Part shown: positions 28,760 to 36,238 of the stretch, piece after piece | Position numbering within the stretch: position 1 is the stretch's first letter | Layout of the letters: each line of letters starts with the position of its first letter | Sequence record: PV037725.1 | Reading direction: 5' to 3' (one strand) | DNA: 64,000 nt | Notes under the pieces: model-generated | The model's input: the letters and a program-made list of their open reading frames with translations, nothing else | What the model was told of the DNA's origin: nothing | Databases searched by the model: none | Program-made: the position numbers and the translations under genes

Positions 28760-28837
28760 TCTAGGTGTAACGGATTACGCCTTAACTAGCGTGCTATGGC
28801 CCTCAATGATGGGGGCCATAGTTTGGAGCAATCGATC

Positions 28838-29614
28838 ATGGATAAACAATATGTTAAACATTACATCTTAGCAACGTATGGCAATACATCGGCTCTGGAT
28901 TACAGGGCTAATGCAATGGCGGAGTTGTTGAGTCGGTATGACCTTTTATCCGAAAGGATTATCAACGCATTGGCAAAGAACGGTATTGAGCACCCAGAAC
29001 GTTTGATCACTTACACGTTCAGAATGCTGGGTGATCACCACGACGATATGTTCAACCGTCGTGAACTGGTCAATGTAGATATCTTAGCTTTGAAAGCTGA
29101 TATTAATAGCTTTCCATGGAGTGACTATGGCTGGGTTCAAGCGTTCCAACCGCTCATCGACATCGCGGGATACACTATTGTCGAAATCGATCTGGAGTAT
29201 CAGTCGTTTGGGCCAGAAGTTTCAGCGAACCTGGAATTCATCCAACCCTGTTTCAGGATCTATGAAAAAGGGCGCCCTGAGTTCGTCAAAGGTGGCTTCA
29301 CTAGTGCGCATGATCGCGAAGGTGGGGAAACGGGCGACGACGTTCACGAAGGCATTTTTTCGGCCTGTGGACGACTAATAAAGGATAACGTTCCAACCGT
29401 CATTGCCATTGGTAGTGCGCTAACAACATTGCTTGTAGTCTGGAAAACTACAAGTGACATGGCGCATGACCTTGAAGAAAAATCGCAAATGGCTAATGAC
29501 ATCTTGCATCACATTGAGGACACAATCGATGATGCTATCGAATTACCTCAAGTCGTCAAAGTCGAGTTTCCAGACGATAGCGAAGTTATCGGTACGGGTC
29601 GACGTAGTTGGTAA
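28838..29614 (+). CDS. Early protein: soluble N-domain fused to DNVP...PQVVKVE membrane module
   Basis: Start moved to 28838 (GGAG SD; ORF-track ATG is inside a hairpin); C-terminal ~80 aa paralogous to 22733-22990. Confidence 0.7.
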   Translation: MDKQYVKHYILATYGNTSALDYRANAMAELLSRYDLLSERIINALAKNGIEHPERLITYTFRMLGDHHDDMFNRRELVNVDILALKADINSFPWSDYGWVQAFQPLIDIAGYTIVEIDLEYQSFGPEVSANLEFIQPCFRIYEKGRPEFVKGGFTSAHDREGGETGDDVHEGIFSACGRLIKDNVPTVIAIGSALTTLLVVWKTTSDMAHDLEEKSQMANDILHHIEDTIDDAIELPQVVKVEFPDDSEVIGTGRRSW

Positions 29615-29621
29615 TCCATTT

Positions 29622-29648
29622 AGCCCCTTCAGAAGGAGGGGCTTTTTA
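29622..29648 (+). terminator. Rho-independent terminator
   Basis: AGCCCCTTC-agaa-GGAGGGGCT-TTTT. Confidence 0.78.
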
Positions 29649-29663
29649 TTCCTTAGGACTTAT

Positions 29664-29969
29664 ATGAACATTGCAACTGAAACCCGTATCTTCGCTAAAC
29701 TGCTGGAACTGCTGTTGCAACACCAAATTAAAGAAGGTGAGCTACGTACGTGGTGGGATAACGGCGTATTCACTTATAGCATTCCTGGCGCAGCGCCTGA
29801 GGTGGCTGTGTCGTTCGCTGACTTTGATCACTTTGAACTGGTCTGCCGTGAACGTGAGAACGCCGATGTAGATGAACGCTTCATCGTACCTGACGACGTC
29901 ACCGATGAAGAACTGGTCGAGATCATCGAAGACACTATTCAATACATCCTCACCACTCAACCAAGCTAA
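29664..29969 (+). CDS. Hypothetical protein
   Basis: Start at ATG 29664 after AGGA; acidic 101 aa. Confidence 0.65.
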   Translation: MNIATETRIFAKLLELLLQHQIKEGELRTWWDNGVFTYSIPGAAPEVAVSFADFDHFELVCRERENADVDERFIVPDDVTDEELVEIIEDTIQYILTTQPS

Positions 29970-29978
29970 GGGCCGATA

Positions 29979-30218
29979 ATGGAAATCATTGATTCGATTC
30001 AACACCTCGAATTGACCTACCGCATTGCAATCTTCGGTTTGCTGGTAGCGGTGGGGTTGTTTACCATGCGAGATTACATCACTGAATGTGTTACACTGTT
30101 ACCATACACTCTCGGTGAATGTGTAGATACCTTCTTTGGTGTCGCATTGATGGCGGGCGTTGTTTCGGCAATGGTCGGCGCTATTCGCTTTGGTGTACAA
30201 ATCATCTTCGGGGTGTAA
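29979..30218 (+). CDS. Small membrane protein (2 TM)
   Basis: Two hydrophobic helices. Confidence 0.6.
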   Translation: MEIIDSIQHLELTYRIAIFGLLVAVGLFTMRDYITECVTLLPYTLGECVDTFFGVALMAGVVSAMVGAIRFGVQIIFGV

Positions 30219-30219
30219 C

Positions 30220-30624
30220 GTGACTGCATTTATTCAGAAAATCGTCGAGTCCAGCCTGTATGGCGTGATTCGCGCGTACAACGAATGGCTTGGTCCTGAA
30301 CACCACATTGTGCGTACCCCAACTATCTTGGGTGACAACAAGATCATGACTTTCCATATCGACCGTACTGAGAAAACCTACATCAATTGGTTGGTATGGA
30401 CCGTTCATGGTTTCGAAGCACCTGATGGTTCTGCCACGATAATACGCGTACGCGCCAAGGTTTCAGGTACCGACATCTTTAAGGTCGATGTCGAATCTAC
30501 TGCTGGGATCACAATCGCCGACGGGCTGACGTTTAATAACTACGTCTTGAAAGACCTTCATGACGAATTGTCAGCATACACAGTCCGCGAAGGCTGGGAC
30601 GCAGAAAACATTAATCTTTATTAA
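30220..30624 (+). CDS. Hypothetical protein
   Basis: GTG 30220 immediately after upstream stop. Confidence 0.55.
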   Translation: MTAFIQKIVESSLYGVIRAYNEWLGPEHHIVRTPTILGDNKIMTFHIDRTEKTYINWLVWTVHGFEAPDGSATIIRVRAKVSGTDIFKVDVESTAGITIADGLTFNNYVLKDLHDELSAYTVREGWDAENINLY

Positions 30625-30636
30625 GAGGGTAGTAAC

Positions 30637-31065
30637 ATGAAAATAGAACATCGTAAAGACATCATCCTGACCCTCCTGCACACGTACACGTTGTCGGTGC
30701 GTCATCTGATGCCGGGTCGTTCAGATCGTGCACTGTTTCATCGATTGATCGATGCCACCCAACCTACTGGGTACAAGATCTTCGAAAAGCGCGACGACGG
30801 TCGGCACTTCATCGCCAATATCCAAACGGGTGATGGTCCAGTACGAGTACTGACGGTGTTCGACAACGTTATCTCGGGTAAGTTAGATGTCGACCTGGAT
30901 AGCCCGATGCCAGATGCGTTGGAAGATGATGTGTTCATCACACTCTTCAAATGCCTCAGTATTGCGGTAGGCATCACGGTCAGTGAGTTGGCCAGCCACA
31001 CGGACAAGAACACCTCTGCATTGGCTTTGGCCATCGCAGCTCGTGCAGCGAATATGCAACCGTAA
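30637..31065 (+). CDS. Hypothetical protein
   Basis: GAGGG SD, 142 aa. Confidence 0.65.
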   Translation: MKIEHRKDIILTLLHTYTLSVRHLMPGRSDRALFHRLIDATQPTGYKIFEKRDDGRHFIANIQTGDGPVRVLTVFDNVISGKLDVDLDSPMPDALEDDVFITLFKCLSIAVGITVSELASHTDKNTSALALAIAARAANMQP

Positions 31066-31071
31066 TAGAAC

Positions 31072-31119
31072 ACGGCATAAAGCCCCTACCTTCGGGTAGG
31101 GGCAATATGTTATTTTTTT
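31072..31119. terminator. Bidirectional hairpin terminator
   Basis: ACGGCATAAA-GCCCCTACC-ttcg-GGTAGGGGC-AATATGTTATTTTTTT; near reverse complement of the 3365 element. Confidence 0.85.
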
Positions 31120-31122
31120 GTT

Positions 31123-31815
31123 TCAGAATGGTACTGGCGTGTAGTTATTGGAATAACGTGCATACCCACTGAATCGGATAGGTCCAACCTTTAACGTACA
31201 TGCACCCATCGCACTGTTCCTACCTATAACCAGATATTTAACGGTTTTAAGTAGTGGTGTTACAGGTATGTCGTATGTGTTGTAGGTAGCTGCTTGCCCA
31301 ACGGCTACAGCTTGCTTAACGCCATCGAAATACAAGTTGATGTTAGTACCCACCTTAACCAGAGCAACACGGTGAACAGTTCGCATTCCAGTCCGACGGA
31401 GGTTAGGACTATAGACACCATTGATCTGATCTGACGTTGCAATACTAAACCGGTCATTAAAAGCCGACTGACTGTAGCGTGTATAGTAACCCGGAGCATT
31501 TAGTGCACTGGTCAATGATATCTCACCGATGTATTGTGCAGCATCTGCCCCGGTGATAACTGCGCTATATTCTAAAGTCCAATTAGACAATGTTAAGTCA
31601 ACAGTCGTGTCAAATGCGATATTGGTATTATTCAGACTACCGAGACTACCACCTAGTGTGACGCCATCAATCGAGGGTGTAACCTCGTATGTAACGTCTG
31701 TTCCCAAATTAATGGTGTACGATGGAAATAGATCAGAGCCAACTACATTAAATAACTGTGTTGTTAGCTCGACCGGCGGACTTAATTGGTTAGTTGACAA
31801 TAACAAGTCCATCAT
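31123..31815 (-). CDS. Concanavalin A-like/LamG lectin-fold protein, putative virion component
   Basis: WTLEY, HRVALVKVGTNINLYFDGV, LVIG...IRFSGYARYSNNYTP LamG-type signature. Confidence 0.65.
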   Translation of the reverse strand: MMDLLLSTNQLSPPVELTTQLFNVVGSDLFPSYTINLGTDVTYEVTPSIDGVTLGGSLGSLNNTNIAFDTTVDLTLSNWTLEYSAVITGADAAQYIGEISLTSALNAPGYYTRYSQSAFNDRFSIATSDQINGVYSPNLRRTGMRTVHRVALVKVGTNINLYFDGVKQAVAVGQAATYNTYDIPVTPLLKTVKYLVIGRNSAMGACTLKVGPIRFSGYARYSNNYTPVPF

Positions 31816-31821
31816 CGTTAA

Positions 31822-32688
31822 TCACCCACGTAGCCAGTTAGGCTGACGGATACCGCGAGCACGTTCCCAACCCAACGAGTGGATCAAGTCAGATACGTCA
31901 TGTACCACCGACTCAAGACCAAGGTTAGTACGACGCTGAGCTTCGTCCTGCAAGCGCCAGAGAGTATCTGGAGTGATGATGCGCTCTGGTTTACATTCAG
32001 CCTCAGAGAAGCCCTCAAGAGCTGGAGAGGTATATTTGTTAGCTGTGAAGATACCGCCCTCACCAACGAAGTCCCAAGTTGAGATTTCACGAGTGTACTT
32101 AACACCACGGTAAGGATCATCTTGAGTGATGGACCTCACCGAGCAATAAGTATTGATACTAGGGTTATCCAGAGAGTCTTTGAATACTTTAGCGTAAGGA
32201 CCGTATGGCTTGGCTTCAGCAATTACCATAGTAACTGGCTTACCTTCCTCATTCTTACCCGGCATCAAAGTCAGGTTACGAACGTGGGCACACACACGGT
32301 TATCATCAATCTGACGAATACGGCAAAGGTACTCAGTATCAGACATTGGTTTACGAACTACACGACCATCGATCAGTAAGTCAACGAACGGCTCAGGGTG
32401 TTTGAATTCCATGAACAGAACGCCTTTCTTCAATCGGCGCATAAGAGCACTGTTGGGTTCGAACATAGCTCGACCCGAGGCTTCATCGTAAAACATACCA
32501 GCGGAGTTATGAGTGCCATAACTACCAACCACCAGAGTGTAATAACCTTGAGCGTCAGCTGGAAGGATACCACGTTTGTTAGTGCCAGCCAACATAGCAC
32601 ACCCAACTGTAACAGCCGAGTGTGATGTCGGAACCTGACCCATTTGGTTGGGGATCGTGCGACCCGCAACAATACCATTCAGATTCAT
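31822..32688 (-). CDS. Prohead (head maturation) serine protease (phiKZ gp175 / SPN3US gp245-like)
   Basis: MEFKHP (His), RVCAHV, KPYGPY, YCSVRS (Ser), TWDFVGEGG; C-terminal ALE|G candidate autocleavage site; synteny. Confidence 0.82.
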   Translation of the reverse strand: MNLNGIVAGRTIPNQMGQVPTSHSAVTVGCAMLAGTNKRGILPADAQGYYTLVVGSYGTHNSAGMFYDEASGRAMFEPNSALMRRLKKGVLFMEFKHPEPFVDLLIDGRVVRKPMSDTEYLCRIRQIDDNRVCAHVRNLTLMPGKNEEGKPVTMVIAEAKPYGPYAKVFKDSLDNPSINTYCSVRSITQDDPYRGVKYTREISTWDFVGEGGIFTANKYTSPALEGFSEAECKPERIITPDTLWRLQDEAQRRTNLGLESVVHDVSDLIHSLGWERARGIRQPNWLRG

Positions 32689-32701
32689 AAGAACATTCCG
32701 A

Positions 32702-33421
32702 TTAAGTACGGAGCAATTCCTCGATAAGCTCAACTGTCTGACTAGGGTTAACCAGTGCAGAGTTGATACCTTCGGTGTAATAAGCGCCGTTGAGTTTAGA
32801 AGTAGTATCGGAGGTGTTCCAAATAACAGATCGGAAAGGTACGGTAACTGGGGGTTTAGTTAGTACGTCTTCCGGCCTTGCTAGGATATGCCGATACAGC
32901 CGATTCATATCATCGGGATCTCGAGCGATAGAACTGATAATCAACTCGATTACAGCGCGACCCCCAAGGTTAACCCCAGCATGTTCATCAGCGGTGTCAA
33001 ACATGTTAGCGATGTCGAAATAGTTCATGTACCAAGGGATGTTACCTTTAGCAATGAACTGGTCGTACATGTAGTAAGTCAGGGTGTCTGTCACAACCAA
33101 TGCGGTTGAATAGATAACAGTGTCCCCAGCTTCAAACTGGAATTCGATATAAGGCTCGTCTTTAATGACAACCTTTTCGGTGGAGTTAGGAACGATACGC
33201 ATCATAGCGATTGTCTTGTTTACTGCATACCGGTCACCCATGATGATAGGGAAGAAACCGAAAATAAAAACCTCACTGCCAATGACAGCGAGGTTCTTAG
33301 CAGTATACGATTCAGGGATCTGAATCCGACAAGGTTCGCTACAGACAATCGAGCCAGACTCATTTCGATGCAGACGTGCTTTCACGTATTCGGCATCACG
33401 CTTGAGTTGGAAGATATCCAT
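32702..33421 (-). CDS. rpoC: Virion RNAP beta' C-terminal fragment (phiKZ gp176 / SPN3US gp244-like)
   Basis: IELIISSIAR matches beta' IEVIVRQMLR; TSDTTSKLNGAYYTEGINSAL matches the [21 protein letters not shown] region; located between protease and beta genes. Confidence 0.7.
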   Translation of the reverse strand: MDIFQLKRDAEYVKARLHRNESGSIVCSEPCRIQIPESYTAKNLAVIGSEVFIFGFFPIIMGDRYAVNKTIAMMRIVPNSTEKVVIKDEPYIEFQFEAGDTVIYSTALVVTDTLTYYMYDQFIAKGNIPWYMNYFDIANMFDTADEHAGVNLGGRAVIELIISSIARDPDDMNRLYRHILARPEDVLTKPPVTVPFRSVIWNTSDTTSKLNGAYYTEGINSALVNPSQTVELIEELLRT

Positions 33422-33424
33422 GGA

Positions 33425-33748
33425 TTACCCTTGGTATTGTTTGATAATTTTATTTAATGTCTTAGTGGTATCTTTGATCAGCTTGAGACGATCTTTCTCA
33501 TTTTGACCATACCAGCTATTACATAGTTCATCGTAGGCTCGCTCACCATCGTCTTTACCGCTAGTTACACTATTGGCTTTGATGTACAGATCAACGAGTT
33601 TCTTACCCTCGATCGGGTGGTCCTTAACGGCCAGGGTGATCCAATTAGATTGGCAACCCGCATCTAGCAATGCTTGCTGTTCTTTTGACCTACTTGGCTC
33701 AATGGCTTCCAAACTTAAACAAAACAAATTGCTCGATGTTAATTTCAT
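33425..33748 (-). CDS. Small putative head protein
   Basis: ATGA-coupled start; N-terminal SLE|A protease-type site at residues 12-15. Confidence 0.55.
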   Translation of the reverse strand: MKLTSSNLFCLSLEAIEPSRSKEQQALLDAGCQSNWITLAVKDHPIEGKKLVDLYIKANSVTSGKDDGERAYDELCNSWYGQNEKDRLKLIKDTTKTLNKIIKQYQG

Positions 33749-33987
33749 ACCTGACCTAACTTTTCTCTGAGTGTGTCATGAAATTTCTTAGCACCAGCAG
33801 CTTGCGCGTACGACTCTTTACGTTTACGTTCTTCAAACATTAACGGTGAGCCTTGGTGTATGTCTTGCAAGCGTGCAACGCGGTCAGGTAGATCGAATGT
33901 TGGGTCAATCCCCTCGGCGTCACAAGCTCTTGCAGCAGCGGTGTAAGCATCTTCTTTAGTGAAGAATTGTGGTCCAGCCTTCTGCAT
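33745..33987 (-). CDS. Hypothetical 80-aa ORF, or the tail of a -1 frameshift product of 34080-36026
   Basis: ATG 33987 with GAGG; frame open without stop up to 34095; stop coupled to next gene. Confidence 0.55.
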   Translation of the reverse strand: MQKAGPQFFTKEDAYTAAARACDAEGIDPTFDLPDRVARLQDIHQGSPLMFEERKRKESYAQAAGAKKFHDTLREKLGQV

Positions 33988-34079
33988 AGTTTCCTCTATA
34001 GGTTCACCCCGTCGCTCTTGCAAGCGAGCGAGGCGTCTCTGTAGTTCTTCAGGTCCCCATGCTTCAGTTGAAGTCTGGC

Positions 34080-36026
34080 TTAAGCTAAAGGGGTATCATC
34101 CTCTTCGTCTTCAGCAGTTTCTTCTTCCTCGGCTTCCTTAGGCTGTTCAGCGGCTTCATCTACAGTGGAGTTGTCAGCGTCAGCTTCTTCATCCCCAGCT
34201 TCGGATTCCTCTTCTTCGGTCTCAGTTTCCGCAGTGTCCGATTCGGAGTCTCCCAGTTCAGCGTAAGGATCTTCTTCATCGTCTTCACCTGCACCAAAGT
34301 CAGAATCGTCTTCGATAGTTTCAGATTCATCAGTACCGTCTAAACCATTTGTCCCACTAGGGCCGTCGGTACCCACCACACCTTCCTCAACAACCTCAGT
34401 AGTTTCACTGAACTCGCCACCGTCTTCAACTACGTCGGTAGTCTCAGTTTCAGCAAAGTCGCCAGATTGTTCACTAACGTCAGTTACTTCAGCGGTTTCT
34501 TCACCATCACTATCGAAGTCCACTACAGCCAACAGACCGGAGTCATCAATAGCACCACCTTCAGCAACAGCATTAGGATCGATCTCTGGAATGAATTCCT
34601 CAATCAGGATCTGCTTGGACAGGAACAATGCAACCAGACTCAAAGTAGCCTGAGTGTTCAGTTCACGCACGGTAGCTTTAGGGAAGTCTTGACCCAACGA
34701 ATCGATAGCGTCAAGGTATTCGAAGTAAGTGTCTTCAGGGAAGTACACACGGCAGATCAGAGTGGAGAACACTTTGTACGGGTTCTCGTAATCATCACGA
34801 CGCAAATAGCGCAGCGAGTCTTTCAACTTAGCTTCGATGTCTTGAGACCAACGATCTTTCAGCAAGTCGCCATGTGCAACTTCACGGAAAGTGGAGATCA
34901 CGTTATTGATGCACTGCCGCTCAGCATAATCAATAGCCGACTGTTTGATCATCGGATAGATTGCATGCCACCGAGCAATGAACTTGTCAGCACCAGCTTC
35001 AATGTGACGAAGGTTAGTTACACCAGTGTTCTCAATGGCTGCACCCAGTACGGCTTGGAAGTCACCACCGCCAACGATCCATGGATCGAATACGTCACCG
35101 TTTACAACTACTACAGCACGACGAGTTTCGATCGGGCTGATAGCTTCGTTACGCAGGATCAACTCACCGTCTTCACGTGCTTCAATACGACGCAGGTAAG
35201 CGCGCATCAAATAGAAACCGAACATCTCGTGCATCAGTTTCATGGTGTGTTGCCAATCTTCCAGATCAACCGATTGACCAGGAGTCTGCTCAGGGTTATC
35301 GATGTAGTGACCACAGATGAAGTAAGCGGTCAGAATATCGTCAACGTTAAACGGGGCATTGGTAGCCGACAGATAAGGCAGACCTGCGGGTACTACTGGA
35401 CCTGGCTGACCAAACAGACTAGTCCATACAGCGACGATACGGTCAGAACCAACTTGCAGTGCCCACTCAGTAACTTCTTCTTGTTCGAGATGCGGGTTAT
35501 TGATAGCCATCATTTCAATGACAGCGTCAGCAGTAACTGGATGCAGCTCGTAAGAATCGTAGGTCTCTTTAGGACGTACGTTTACATAGCGGGTATTGAC
35601 GTGGTTAACCAGTACAGGACTATCGTGAGGAGCCAGATAGCGCCAAGGCTTAACAGCGTACTCAGCTTGAGAAACAGTTTGTTGCATACCAGCATAAGTT
35701 TGATGCATCGCCTTAACAGCAGGAACGATAATGTTCGAGGTGTTAAACTGAATCTTAGAGATTGCATTAAACAGGTTGTTAACTACCGATTCACGGGAGT
35801 CATCACCAGCTGGGGTGGAATCTTGGTTGATCTCGTCAAAGTGCTCTTCAACAGCAACCATTTCCTGATCAGGCAATGGAGTGTTAGTTGGTTCAGCGTC
35901 TACTTGATAGGTATCGGCAAATACAGCCAAGGGGAACTCTGGGTTCCCCAAGGTCAGTACTTTACCTTCCCGAGTCAACTGTTGTGCGCCGTCGCGTACT
36001 GCGTCAAGAGTTTCGGTCTGGTACAT
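34080..36026 (-). CDS. Head protein with highly acidic C-terminal tail (phiKZ gp177 / SPN3US gp243-like)
   Basis: 648 aa; last ~150 aa D/E-rich with many A/S-x-E motifs; synteny next to vRNAP beta. Confidence 0.65.
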   Translation of the reverse strand: MYQTETLDAVRDGAQQLTREGKVLTLGNPEFPLAVFADTYQVDAEPTNTPLPDQEMVAVEEHFDEINQDSTPAGDDSRESVVNNLFNAISKIQFNTSNIIVPAVKAMHQTYAGMQQTVSQAEYAVKPWRYLAPHDSPVLVNHVNTRYVNVRPKETYDSYELHPVTADAVIEMMAINNPHLEQEEVTEWALQVGSDRIVAVWTSLFGQPGPVVPAGLPYLSATNAPFNVDDILTAYFICGHYIDNPEQTPGQSVDLEDWQHTMKLMHEMFGFYLMRAYLRRIEAREDGELILRNEAISPIETRRAVVVVNGDVFDPWIVGGGDFQAVLGAAIENTGVTNLRHIEAGADKFIARWHAIYPMIKQSAIDYAERQCINNVISTFREVAHGDLLKDRWSQDIEAKLKDSLRYLRRDDYENPYKVFSTLICRVYFPEDTYFEYLDAIDSLGQDFPKATVRELNTQATLSLVALFLSKQILIEEFIPEIDPNAVAEGGAIDDSGLLAVVDFDSDGEETAEVTDVSEQSGDFAETETTDVVEDGGEFSETTEVVEEGVVGTDGPSGTNGLDGTDESETIEDDSDFGAGEDDEEDPYAELGDSESDTAETETEEEESEAGDEEADADNSTVDEAAEQPKEAEEEETAEDEEDDTPLA

Positions 36027-36037
36027 GGGTTAGCTCC

Positions 36038-36238
36038 TTAGTTGTAAGCTTTGAATTTAAGAATACGACCAATCAGACTGGCCTTGATATCGTTGGCGGT
36101 AAGATACTCACCCTCGATGGTATTGGCTGCTGATTCGGAACCCATCGTGCGAGCGATAGCCTCGTAACCCAGTTCAGCTGCGGCAGTCAGAACCGCAAGG
36201 TTCTGACCATGTACTACGTTATTACTTTGCTTTTGCAT
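36038..36238 (-). CDS. Small protein between vRNAP beta and acidic head protein
   Basis: 66 aa, overlaps beta stop by 17 nt. Confidence 0.55.
   Translation of the reverse strand: MQKQSNNVVHGQNLAVLTAAAELGYEAIARTMGSESAANTIEGEYLTANDIKASLIGRILKFKAYN

Noticed and set aside
34467-36041. 524-aa plus-strand ORF antisense to the acidic head protein (and similar long antisense ORFs at 15923-16765, 36816-37748, 57783-58466, 6893-7498)
   Set aside because: Shadow ORFs: they lie fully opposite genes with clear motifs or operon context, have no SD or motifs, and are expected from the strong codon bias of the sense gene.
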